Shown here piece after piece: positions 9,651-17,871 of a stretch of DNA of 52,382 bases. Positions within the stretch are counted from its first letter, which is position 1. Each line of letters begins with the position of its first letter. Source of the DNA: a virus. Its lineage: Duplodnaviria; Caudoviricetes. The stretch spans positions 1 to 52,382 of the IMG/VR virus record IMGVR_UViG_3300034175_000204; one strand, 5' to 3'. A model generated the notes under the pieces. That model was not told the DNA's origin, did no database searches, and saw only the letters and a program-made list of their open reading frames with translations. Made by a program: the position numbers and the translations under genes.

Positions 9651-9959
9651 ATGGAAGACAGGGATTGGGCGCGCATTGCCGGCGCGCTCACTGCGCAGAC
9701 GCTGTTGGTCGAGCATCTTTACCGACTTTACGCCCTGCAGAACCCCGCGCCGGACGGGTGGAAGGGGCTGGGCGCCGTACAGATGGCGCTCCTCGATGAG
9801 CAGGCGCCGCTCTACGATGAGGACATGCCGCCGGAGGCCCGGTTCGCGATCAGCCAGCATGCGCTTGCTCATCTGGAGCAATTCTGGGCTCGGATGGGCC
9901 GTGCTCCCGCTCTTCCTCCGCAGCAGGACCTCGGACAGATTCCAAGAACCAGTTCATAG
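9651..9959 (+). CDS. Counter-oriented hypothetical protein (moron-like)
   Basis: Strong RBS GGAGAGG, protein-like composition. Confidence 0.55.
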   Translation: MEDRDWARIAGALTAQTLLVEHLYRLYALQNPAPDGWKGLGAVQMALLDEQAPLYDEDMPPEARFAISQHALAHLEQFWARMGRAPALPPQQDLGQIPRTSS

Positions 9960-10041
9960 TCGCGGTCGAGTGGGCAACGCGCTCTTCGACGATGATCTCG
10001 CGGATGCGAGCCTCTTGCTCGACGGTGAACCCTGCGCTCAT
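9850..10041 (-). CDS. Small hypothetical protein
   Basis: ATG coupled to the cro stop (MSAGFTVEQEARIREII). Confidence 0.45.
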   Translation of the reverse strand: MSAGFTVEQEARIREIIVEERVAHSTATMNWFLESVRGPAAEEEREHGPSEPRIAPDEQAHAG

Positions 10042-10295
10042 CGCACCGGGTCCATCGCGGGCTCGGCGGGCCGGTCGAGGTCGCGGGGGTACAGGTCGGG
10101 GCGGAGGTCGTGGCGCGAGATGCCAGTCGCTGCTTCGGCTTTGAGGACGTGCTCTGCAGGAAGTGGCTTGCAGTCCCGAAGCCACTTGAAGACGGCTTGC
10201 TGCGTCACGCCAATCAATCGGCCGAAAGCGGATTGCGAGCCGACAGCCGCAACCGCCTCTCTCAGCACCTGATTCGGGGAACGAGCCGTCTCCAT
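10038..10295 (-). CDS. cro: Cro/YdaS-like regulator
   Basis: GSQSAFGRLIGVTQQAVFKW...ATGISRHDLRPDLYP; divergent from the repressor. Confidence 0.85.
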   Translation of the reverse strand: METARSPNQVLREAVAAVGSQSAFGRLIGVTQQAVFKWLRDCKPLPAEHVLKAEAATGISRHDLRPDLYPRDLDRPAEPAMDPVR

Positions 10296-10375
10296 ACAAC
10301 CAACGTACAACCGCTGTTGTGGACTGGTCAAGTCGGAAATGGTGGTCGCAATCTACAACCGTTGTTTTAGCTAGT
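10295..10375. promoter_or_regulatory. cI/cro divergent promoter-operator region
   Basis: Three TACAACC repeats, palindrome ACAAC-CGCT-GTTGT (10307-10320), -35 TTGACC on the minus strand (10326-10331). Confidence 0.7.
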
Positions 10376-10379
10376 CGTT

Positions 10380-10868
10380 GTGCTCGACGCCGAACGCCTC
10401 CGCGCCCGCATGGCCGAACTGCGCATCTCGCAGTCGGAGTTGGCTCGTCGCATCGGTGTCAGTCAGCAAACGATCGCGCGCCTGGTTTCTGGCAACACCT
10501 ACGGGTCAAAACATCTACACCGAATTGCCCGAGAACTCCTGACTACCCCTGCCTACCTCGTCGGAGAAACTGACGATCCAGACGAGAACGCGCCGCTGCC
10601 TCCGCGGGCTTACCCTACGCTCCACCACGTCATGATGCCGGTCGCGCTGCCGAGCGAAAATGCGCTTTCTCGAATGTTCGAGGGGATGCTGGAGACGGTT
10701 GATCGGGAGGTTCCTCAGGCCGAACTCGCGCGTGAGCTCGCTCAGCTGCTGCCCACCGCGCTGCTGCAGCTTCGAGGGCGACTGTACGAGGTGCCCCTTG
10801 TAAAGGAGCCGTTCGAAGCAGCAGTTGCTGAAGCTCTGCCCACCGCCGATCGCGGATCGCGGCGATGA
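10380..10868 (+). CDS. CI-like XRE repressor with no recognisable S24 peptidase domain
   Basis: RLRARMAELRISQSELARRIGVSQQTIARL; divergent from cro. Confidence 0.85.
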   Translation: MLDAERLRARMAELRISQSELARRIGVSQQTIARLVSGNTYGSKHLHRIARELLTTPAYLVGETDDPDENAPLPPRAYPTLHHVMMPVALPSENALSRMFEGMLETVDREVPQAELARELAQLLPTALLQLRGRLYEVPLVKEPFEAAVAEALPTADRGSRR

Positions 10869-10958
10869 CGGCGCACTTCACTTCACACGCTGCGCAACCC
10901 TGGCCGCAGCCAGGCGTCGCGCGAAACACCAGTTCGCTCACGCCGACTCGGGCCTCCC

Positions 10959-10973
10959 GTTCTCTATGTGTTC
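10959..10973 (+). promoter_or_regulatory. Alphaproteobacterial LexA (SOS) box GTTC-N7-GTTC
   Basis: GTTCTCTATGTGTTC, perfect consensus, 30 bp upstream of ATG 11004. Confidence 0.65.
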
Positions 10974-11003
10974 TTATCAGGGTCTTGGCGGAGTAGCGAG
11001 TCG

Positions 11004-11543
11004 ATGAGGATTTGGGGCTACGTATTGGTGATCGTCGGGGCGGCGATTGCAGCCTGGGCGACGACGATCGAAACCTCCGTGCATAGGGAGGCGGCTTTTC
11101 AGTTCGGGTCGTATCAGCCGTCGTCAGACACTCTCAACATAGGGCTCCTACAGAACCAGACGCTCGCCTTCCACGCAGGCCTAGCAATGTTTGTCGCCGG
11201 GGCTGTGCTCGCGGGGGCCGGGCAGATTAATGACACGCTCCGACACACGCGAAGTCATCGCAGCACCGCAGGCGACGATCAGGGCGGTGTCAAATTCGAG
11301 GGTGACCCGGAGCTGCTTGCCGCGCGGGAGGTGGGTGCAGCGGCAAGAGCGGAAGGCGTCTCACTAAAGGCGGTGGCTGTCGCGCTTGCTGTCGGCCTGC
11401 TCTTCGTGTTCGCCGTGGTACAGTACGCGCCGCGGGGCGCCATCGACAACGCGAATGCCGATGCTCTTGCGGACAACCTTGAGATGCAGGCTGACAACTT
11501 AGAGGCAGCCGCCGAAGCAGCGGAGGAGGCCGCACGCCGATGA
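11004..11543 (+). CDS. Membrane protein (about 3 TM segments), accessory
   Basis: Hydrophobic segments; GGAG RBS. Confidence 0.65.
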   Translation: MRIWGYVLVIVGAAIAAWATTIETSVHREAAFQFGSYQPSSDTLNIGLLQNQTLAFHAGLAMFVAGAVLAGAGQINDTLRHTRSHRSTAGDDQGGVKFEGDPELLAAREVGAAARAEGVSLKAVAVALAVGLLFVFAVVQYAPRGAIDNANADALADNLEMQADNLEAAAEAAEEAARR

Positions 11544-11722
11544 TCTCCGACCGCGAGCTCTGGGCGTGCGCGGCCACGATCGAACGCCAGCACGGCGATC
11601 GTGCGCCGCTGATCGTTGCGGAGCGGATTGGCGCGCTGGCGCTGGCGGGCGATGCGGAAGGAGTGAGCGCCTGGCGCGCGATCGCGGTCAGGCTCGACCA
11701 GCTGCGCAGGCCAACGAGATGA
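11540..11722 (+). CDS. Small protein (DUF6961-like)
   Basis: DRELWACA...HGDRAP...AERIGALALAGD..G...WRAIA. Confidence 0.7.
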   Translation: MISDRELWACAATIERQHGDRAPLIVAERIGALALAGDAEGVSAWRAIAVRLDQLRRPTR

Positions 11723-11901
11723 TGAGGGACGACGACACCGTCCGCGCGGCGGCGGCCGCGATCGTCGCTACGCTCGACGCGCAGCTGGGCGACCTCGACG
11801 CGCAGGCGATCGTGCTGACCCGCGACGAGGCGCTGCTGGCGCTCGGCCTGGTCGGCAGCCTGCCGGGGTTGATCGCGCGCGATCAAGCGCGTGGCGGATG
11901 A
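11719..11901 (+). CDS. Small hypothetical protein
   Basis: Coupled ATGA overlap. Confidence 0.5.
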   Translation: MMRDDDTVRAAAAAIVATLDAQLGDLDAQAIVLTRDEALLALGLVGSLPGLIARDQARGG

Positions 11902-11953
11902 GCAATCCGCGCGACGCCGCGGCAGCCGATCGTGCCAACCGTAGGGGGACGAT

Positions 11954-12379
11954 CTGAACCCCAGTTCGGTTGCGGAATGGCTCCTTGTAGCCGATCGCCA
12001 CAGGATATCCGCGCTTCAGCTGCTGGCTGCGGGAAGCACCGACAGAGCTTGGTTCGACGCCGGCGTGGCAGTGGAGTGCACGCTAAAGGCTGCGATCATG
12101 AAGGTCGAGCGACTGAACCGCTGGCCCGACCGGGACCAGCGGAAGGAACTATATACGCATAACCTGGCGTGGCTGCTGCGACACCTGAACGTGGACGTGC
12201 TGCAGCTGGGATCAGACGCGATTTGCGCGCCGCTCAACGTGGTATTACTCTGGCGACGCGCGGAAGGATACAACCCGGCCGCGATGCCGGCGAGAGTCGC
12301 GCGCGACATGTGCGACGCTGCTCTTGGTGAGGACGGAGTTAACCGATGGATCGAGAATCGCTTCCAGCTGGTTCGATAG
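11954..12379 (+). CDS. HEPN-domain protein, probable CTG start
   Basis: VAEWL..A..H...A....AWFDAGVAVECTLKA...THNL; frame open back to a stop at 11942; AGGGGG RBS precedes CTG 11954. Confidence 0.65.
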   Translation: MNPSSVAEWLLVADRHRISALQLLAAGSTDRAWFDAGVAVECTLKAAIMKVERLNRWPDRDQRKELYTHNLAWLLRHLNVDVLQLGSDAICAPLNVVLLWRRAEGYNPAAMPARVARDMCDAALGEDGVNRWIENRFQLVR

Positions 12380-12837
12380 AGGCCGGCGAGGCCTTCGACA
12401 AAGCGCTGATCGCGCTTGGGCTGCGCGCGGACGGCCTCCTTTGGGCCTGGGATCATACGATCGGACATTTCGTGCTGGTGCTCGTCACGGAGCATTTCGA
12501 TCACGCCGGCCCGCTTGCAATCCAGCGGACGCTCTTCGCGGCTTATGACGCGTCGGCTACGCCAAAGGAGATCTCGCCGTTCGTCGTGCGTCTTCACAGC
12601 CCCAAGCAAACGGTGGTGGGCGCCATGATGATGGGACAATTGCTGACGGAGGATGAGGTGCCAATTCCTGATGCTGAATTCAGGGCGAACACCGCAGACC
12701 TCACTTACAACAGCGCCTGGGTCTATCGCTGGCCCGGTTACAACGGCGCGAAGTCCGGGTGGACACGGCGGGAACCGACGGCGCGCAACCGTGAGTGGCG
12801 CAGGTTCGCGAGCAACGTCGATCGACTAGCGGCCTGA
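12346..12837 (+). CDS. HEPN-associated partner protein (possible divergent nucleotidyltransferase-fold antitoxin)
   Basis: Overlaps the HEPN stop; IEAG...LW.W......VLVLV...D..GP pattern. Confidence 0.55.
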   Translation: MDRESLPAGSIEAGEAFDKALIALGLRADGLLWAWDHTIGHFVLVLVTEHFDHAGPLAIQRTLFAAYDASATPKEISPFVVRLHSPKQTVVGAMMMGQLLTEDEVPIPDAEFRANTADLTYNSAWVYRWPGYNGAKSGWTRREPTARNREWRRFASNVDRLAA

Positions 12838-13048
12838 CGCCGGTGTCTGCAGCGACGACCGTGCTTACCGGCAACGAAGCGCTGCTGGCGCTCAGCCTGG
12901 TAGGCATCCTGCCGGGTTGATCGAAGCCGGCGGGATGGACCGCGGCGGGACAATGCCGGTGATCCAAGAGGCTTGACTCCTCGCTGTCTGCCGGGCTTTC
13001 TGAGTGCCTTCGGCCGGGGGACGGGCGAAGCAATTGGGGGTCGATATC

Positions 13049-13696
13049 ATGAAGAGAATTCTCACCGCCACGGCGGCCGTCGTGCTGTGTGCATCCGCAG
13101 CGCAGGCTCAGGTTGCGCCGGTTCCACCTGTCGCACCCGCGGCATCCGCGGCATCGCCGGCCGCGGTCCTGCGGACTGGCACCAAGGTGCCGCTGAAGCT
13201 GTCGGAAGAGCTGACGACCAAGGGCAAGAAGCTGCGGGTCGGCCAGCGATTTCAGCTCGAGGTCGCCGAAGCGGTCTTCGTCGACGGGCAGATGGTCATC
13301 CCGGTCGGATCGCCTGCGGTCGGCGAAATCACCGAGGTTCGCAATAAGGGCATGTGGGGCAAGTCGGGTCACCTGACCGCTCAGGTGCTGTACGCCACCG
13401 TCAACGGCCGCCAGATCAGGCTGAACGCGACGTTCGACGACAAGGGGGTTACCGGCACCGCCGGGGTGATCGGCGCGATCGCGCTGGTGCCGATCGCCGG
13501 GTTCTTCATGACGGGCACGTCGGCGGTTGTGCCATTGGGGGCGCCGGTGACCGCCTTTGTCGGCGAGGACGTGACGTTGAGCTTTGCGGCGCCGGCGCCG
13601 ATGGTGGTGACGCCGACGCCGGTCGAGGTCCCGGTGGCGGCGCCGATCGCCGCGCCCGTGCAGGCGAAGATGACGACGGCTGTCGCGACCAAGTGA
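13049..13696 (+). CDS. Exported beta-rich hypothetical protein
   Basis: Signal peptide MKRILTATAAVVLCASAAQA. Confidence 0.75.
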   Translation: MKRILTATAAVVLCASAAQAQVAPVPPVAPAASAASPAAVLRTGTKVPLKLSEELTTKGKKLRVGQRFQLEVAEAVFVDGQMVIPVGSPAVGEITEVRNKGMWGKSGHLTAQVLYATVNGRQIRLNATFDDKGVTGTAGVIGAIALVPIAGFFMTGTSAVVPLGAPVTAFVGEDVTLSFAAPAPMVVTPTPVEVPVAAPIAAPVQAKMTTAVATK

Positions 13697-13854
13697 GCGA
13701 GCCGGCGCAGCGGCGAGGCGGCAGCCGTTCGCCGCTGCGCCCCGATCGCCAGGTGACGTTCCGGCTTGGCTGGGTGCATGTCGAGGCGGCCGCGCTGGGG
13801 CTGGCGATGCTCGCGTCGGCGATCGTCGCGGTCATGGGCTGGCTCGATGTGTAA
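13693..13854 (+). CDS. Small membrane protein
   Basis: GTGA overlap; C-terminal TM segment. Confidence 0.45.
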   Translation: MSEPAQRRGGSRSPLRPDRQVTFRLGWVHVEAAALGLAMLASAIVAVMGWLDV

Positions 13855-14464
13855 CCGCGCGCGCAACCGGGCCGAGCCGGAGACGCTGTTCGCGACCTTC
13901 GGCGGCGGGTGGCTGAGCGACAAGCCGATGGACAACCGGTTCAACCCGGTCGAGCTGGTGCCGCGCGGCCGGGCCTATGTCGTTCGGCGCGAGAGCGGGG
14001 CGATCGGCGTCGACGTCATGAGCTGGGATTTGCTCGGCGGCAGCGCGGCCTATCCCATCACCAACGTGCGCGACCTGAAGCGATGGCGGCCGCGGCTGGA
14101 GAAGCCGGAGGGCCGGTGCATCATTCCGCTCACCGAGTTCTGCGAGTGGACGCCGGATAAGCACGACATCGGCGGCGGCAAGCCGATCAAGGGCGAGATG
14201 TGGTTCGACGTCGTCGACCAGGACGTGTTCGCTGTTGCGGGCGTGTGGCAGCAGCTGGGCGACAAGCGCTGGTTCGCGATGCTGACGTGCGACGCGAACC
14301 CGCTGGTCGAGCCGATCCATCCGAAAGCGATGATCACGATCCTGGCGCCGGAGGATCACGAGCGTTGGCTGACCGGGAGCTACGACGACGTCCTGGCGCT
14401 GCAGCGGCCGTATCCGGCCGAGGCGATGACGGTGCGGGGGCCGGTGTTTCCGACGCGAGAATAA
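13847..14464 (+). CDS. SOS response-associated peptidase (SRAP/YedK/HMCES)
   Basis: N-terminal MCNR, RCIIPLTEFCEW, FAVAGVW, IHPKAMITIL. Confidence 0.9.
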   Translation: MCNRARNRAEPETLFATFGGGWLSDKPMDNRFNPVELVPRGRAYVVRRESGAIGVDVMSWDLLGGSAAYPITNVRDLKRWRPRLEKPEGRCIIPLTEFCEWTPDKHDIGGGKPIKGEMWFDVVDQDVFAVAGVWQQLGDKRWFAMLTCDANPLVEPIHPKAMITILAPEDHERWLTGSYDDVLALQRPYPAEAMTVRGPVFPTRE

Positions 14465-14489
14465 TCGACCCGCACGTTCGAAATAGCGC

Positions 14490-14546
14490 TTGCAAGGACC
14501 GGAAAGCGGTCTTATACAGTTCTCACGGCGGGCGACGGGCCCGCCG
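14490..14546 (+). promoter_or_regulatory. Sigma70 promoter with an inverted-repeat operator and a 5'UTR hairpin
   Basis: TTGCAA-N17-TATACA; GACCG-N5-CGGTC in the spacer; CGGCGGGC-GACGG-GCCCGCCG at 14526-14546. Confidence 0.65.
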
Positions 14547-14567
14547 ACCTCCAGATGGAGACGGACG

Positions 14568-14807
14568 ATGACGCAGACCGACACCACCACCATCGACTTT
14601 AACGCCATCGACTATGCAGCGACGGCAGCGGCGATCGCGCGGTATCTGACCGGCTTGGATGCTTGGGGCCAGGAGGGGCAGACGGGATCGCTGATGCGCG
14701 GCATCTGCGCCGACGTGCTGGCTGCCAAATATGTCCTGGATGCCGACGTGATCGGCAACAGCTTCGTGGGCTGGACACGGCACCGCGGTCTCTTGGTGGC
14801 GGCGTGA
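14568..14807 (+). CDS. Small hypothetical protein (candidate anti-defence)
   Basis: GGAG RBS; first gene after the promoter. Confidence 0.6.
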   Translation: MTQTDTTTIDFNAIDYAATAAAIARYLTGLDAWGQEGQTGSLMRGICADVLAAKYVLDADVIGNSFVGWTRHRGLLVAA

Positions 14808-15127
14808 TCCGCCGGAAAAGACCATATCGCCGGCTCGCTCTGAAGATTGCGCCGGATGCCATCGGCTGGACGCTGATGAACGCCACGCCCCCACCCCATG
14901 CGCTGACCCGCGCGGCGATCGATGGCGATCCCATTGAGGCACTGCTGGAGAAAGCGGCGCAGGGCCGGGCGGCAGGGGCGCGGAGCATCTTTCTGTACCG
15001 TTATTCGCGCGAGACGTTCGGGATGCGTCGCAACGGGATGACCTTCCACGAGCACGAGGCCCTGATCCCGCGCGCTGTAATCGCGCTTCATGATGCAGGT
15101 TACACGGTCGATTTCGAGGACGTATGA
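14804..15127 (+). CDS. Hypothetical protein resembling the C-terminal domain of the downstream Aca2/YdiL-like protein
   Basis: GTGA coupling; manual alignment. Confidence 0.6.
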   Translation: MIRRKRPYRRLALKIAPDAIGWTLMNATPPPHALTRAAIDGDPIEALLEKAAQGRAAGARSIFLYRYSRETFGMRRNGMTFHEHEALIPRAVIALHDAGYTVDFEDV

Positions 15128-15513
15128 TGACGCCAGCCGAACTCGACACGCGCCGCCGCATGCTCGGCTTGTCTGTGGACGAGACTGCGGCGCTTTGCGG
15201 GGTGCAGGATCGCCAGATCCGGCGGTGGCAGTCGGGAGCGCAGCCGATCGCGCGCGACGTGCCGGCGAGGCTGGAGGCGCTGGAGGAAGCGATGGAGCAC
15301 GCCGTCGAAGAGATCGTCGCACTTGCGACCGACAAGGTGCTGGATGGGCCTGTCACCCTGTGGCGATACCGCACGGCGGCGGACCAGGCGCAGAGTCCGA
15401 ACGCGCGCGGCATCCCGCTTGGCGCCCACGCGATGCTTACCGCCTGGGCGGCGGATGCGCTGGCAGCCGAAGGGATCGACGTGACCATCGAATGGGCAAG
15501 CGTCGATGCCTGA
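15124..15513 (+). CDS. Aca2/YdiL (DUF1870)-like HTH regulator
   Basis: MTPAELDTRRRMLGLSVDETAALCGVQDRQIRRWQSG..PI..DV...L; LWRY motif. Confidence 0.7.
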   Translation: MMTPAELDTRRRMLGLSVDETAALCGVQDRQIRRWQSGAQPIARDVPARLEALEEAMEHAVEEIVALATDKVLDGPVTLWRYRTAADQAQSPNARGIPLGAHAMLTAWAADALAAEGIDVTIEWASVDA

Positions 15514-15548
15514 TCATCGTCTAGCGTCCCGCGTGATGATACGGAACC

Positions 15549-15590
15549 TGTCGCGTGACACTTGACGAATAGGCGTTGCCGTGCGACACA
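15549..15590 (+). promoter_or_regulatory. higBA promoter/operator
   Basis: Palindrome TGTC-GCGT-GACA, related site TGCCGTGCGACA, -35 TTGACG. Confidence 0.55.
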
Positions 15591-15596
15591 AGGTGC

Positions 15597-15884
15597 ATGG
15601 AAATCGCGAGCATCACCCACAAGGCGCTCCGCCGATTCGCCGAGACAGGCTCGACCAAGGGCCTGCCTTCGGAGTTCGTCGGGCGTCTGACCGGCATGCT
15701 TGCGTTCCTTGCGGACGCGGGATCCATCGAGACGCTCAAGCTGCCGCCCAATTACGGGGCGCACGAGCTGAAGGGCGACCGGGCGGGCACATGGTCGCTG
15801 ATCGTCTCACGCAACTGGCGCATGACATTCGGCCTCGACGAGGTCGGAGCGATCGTCGATCTGGACTTGGAGGATTATCACTGA
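15597..15884 (+). CDS. higB: HigB (RelE/ParE-family) toxin
   Basis: I.SI.HKALRRF...H.LKGDRAGTWSLIVSRNWRMTF...DLEDYH. Confidence 0.9.
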   Translation: MEIASITHKALRRFAETGSTKGLPSEFVGRLTGMLAFLADAGSIETLKLPPNYGAHELKGDRAGTWSLIVSRNWRMTFGLDEVGAIVDLDLEDYH

Positions 15885-16186
15885 TGGGCATCACGCTTCA
15901 CTGGTCGATCGCGGTTCATCCCGGCGACTGGCTTAAGGCCGAGATCGTAGAGCCGCACGGCCTTAGCGTCACCGACGCGGCGGGGCTGCTCCATGTATCG
16001 CGCCAGGCGCTCAGCACGCTGCTGAACGGCCGCGCAGACTTGTCGCCCGCAATGGCGATCCGGTTCGAAAAGGTGTTCGGCATCGATGCCGACACGCTTT
16101 TGCGAATGCAGACCCGATGGGACATCAAGCAGGCGCGCGAGCACCAGGACGAGATCATCGTCGAGCGCTCGCTGGTTGCGGCGTGA
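15884..16186 (+). CDS. higA: HigA antitoxin
   Basis: HPGDWLKAEI...VSRQALSTLLNGRADLSPAMAIRF. Confidence 0.9.
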   Translation: MGITLHWSIAVHPGDWLKAEIVEPHGLSVTDAAGLLHVSRQALSTLLNGRADLSPAMAIRFEKVFGIDADTLLRMQTRWDIKQAREHQDEIIVERSLVAA

Positions 16187-16373
16187 TCGCACACGCCGAC
16201 GTAAGGTAAGCGGGTATCGGCGGGGTACCGGTGCCCGGACGCGCTGCCCGACCCACGCATTTCCGCGGCTCCACTCGACCGTGGCGGAGGGGTTATCCGC
16301 CGCGGTTGCATGGCCGCTTTCCTACAGTTCTCAATTCACGCTATGTTCCGATGCGGGGGTGTAGCGAAGACTG

Positions 16374-16751
16374 ATGGGAGCGCCTTTTCGTCCAGTAGCA
16401 CCAGCCGCACCGCTTCGCCGCGACGAGGTGCTCGCGTTCCTCGTCGAGCGGATCGCGCGAACCGGCATCTGCCCGACCATCGCGGACGTCGCCGCGGGAA
16501 TGGAGCTCAGCAACGCGCGTGTGCGCGAGCTCGTCGGGCAGCTGGTCGAGCGCGGCATCATCGAGAAGACGCCAGGAGCGCAGCGCAACCTGCGCGTGCG
16601 CGACGTCGCGCATTCGCGATCGATCGTCATGCAGACGATGCTGCGGCTTGGCTGGCCGATCGCTGAGCCGATGGGCGCGCTGCAGCAGCCCTGCCCGAAA
16701 GAGCAGCTACCGATCATGCCGCCGTTCGAGCATCTGCCCGACTTCGACTAG
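16374..16751 (+). CDS. LexA DNA-binding-domain protein without peptidase domain
   Basis: RRDEVLAFL...TGICPTIADVA....LVERGIIEKTPGAQRNL. Confidence 0.75.
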   Translation: MGAPFRPVAPAAPLRRDEVLAFLVERIARTGICPTIADVAAGMELSNARVRELVGQLVERGIIEKTPGAQRNLRVRDVAHSRSIVMQTMLRLGWPIAEPMGALQQPCPKEQLPIMPPFEHLPDFD

Positions 16752-16765
16752 GACAGGACACTTCC

Positions 16766-17500
16766 ATGCCGTTGCTCAACCTCCCTCCCGACACCGCAGC
16801 CTTCTGCTCCCGCGTCCTGAAGGTCGCGCAGTCCGCGCAGAGGGATCACGTCGATCGCGAGCGCCAGCGATTCGAGCATCTCGTCCTAGGCCGACCGCGG
16901 CCAAAACCAGAACCGGCGGCCGCCCCGAAGCGCAAACGGGGATCGCGGCGAGTGGCGGTCCGGGGCGCCGCCGGCGAGCCGGCGGTGCTCGCGCCGGGCG
17001 TCGAGGAGCGGGTCGCACTGCGCGAGCGCTGGTCGCACAAGCGCGAGGGAACCCCGGAGACCCACGATCATGCCGAAAATGCGCGTGCTCGCCCCGGGTC
17101 GATCGCGCGGCTCTATGCGAGCGCGGCGATCGACGACGACCAGCTCGCCGCTGCGCATGAGATCGTCGAGGCATACCGTGCGATCACGGCCTGCGTAGCG
17201 ATCCGTACCGCCAGCCTGGAGGCCCGGGTCGACGGTGGCGCGCACGGCCGGGCGGAGACGCAGGCACTGGCCGCGATCCGCGCGGATTTCGCCTATGACT
17301 GGTGGCGAAGCGCCATCGGGAGTTCAGTCGAGGCACTCCTGGGAGTGATCGTCCACGACGTCGGGCTGACGATCGTCGCCAGGCGGCACGGGATGAGCAT
17401 GCCGCGGGCGCGGCGGATGCTGACCGAGGCGCTGGACCTCTGGTGGGTTGGCCGAGGGCGGACTCGGCGCGCAGCGATCGCCGCGCTCGGCGAGGGCTAG
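16766..17500 (+). CDS. Putative late regulator/antiterminator-like protein (DUF6456-type)
   Basis: LYAS.AIDDDQLAAA motif, C-terminal HTH, position upstream of late genes. Confidence 0.55.
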   Translation: MPLLNLPPDTAAFCSRVLKVAQSAQRDHVDRERQRFEHLVLGRPRPKPEPAAAPKRKRGSRRVAVRGAAGEPAVLAPGVEERVALRERWSHKREGTPETHDHAENARARPGSIARLYASAAIDDDQLAAAHEIVEAYRAITACVAIRTASLEARVDGGAHGRAETQALAAIRADFAYDWWRSAIGSSVEALLGVIVHDVGLTIVARRHGMSMPRARRMLTEALDLWWVGRGRTRRAAIAALGEG

Positions 17501-17642
17501 ACCCCGCACATTCGGGCACCGTTCGAAAGAGCATGGCGCAATATCGACACGCAAGCGGCAAAAACGACCTCGCCACAGCCGCGTTCGCCAGGCCCGCCCC
17601 GATCCGATCGGCGGCGGGCCTGCCGCGTTTCGGAGCATGCCG

Positions 17643-17867
17643 ATGCCGCAGCCGCAGTCCTTGTTGCTCGACGAACTGGAGCGCGTGAGCGCCGAGCTCG
17701 ACGTGCTCACTCGGGACATGCGCAGCGGCTGGCCGTCGCAGACCCGGCACGACGGCCACATCGACCAGGTGGAGCAGCTCGCGGCGCGCATGCGCCAGGC
17801 GGCTCGTGGTCCTGGTCGACCCGTCAACCCGCCGCTCGCCCGTGTCGGCAGCGGCTGTCTCTGGTGA
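17643..17867 (+). CDS. Hypothetical protein
   Basis: GGAG RBS. Confidence 0.5.
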   Translation: MPQPQSLLLDELERVSAELDVLTRDMRSGWPSQTRHDGHIDQVEQLAARMRQAARGPGRPVNPPLARVGSGCLW

Positions 17868-17871
17868 ACCG

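Noticed and set aside
15597-16186. HigBA as a novel system
   Set aside because: Canonical type II toxin-antitoxin module, common in prophages
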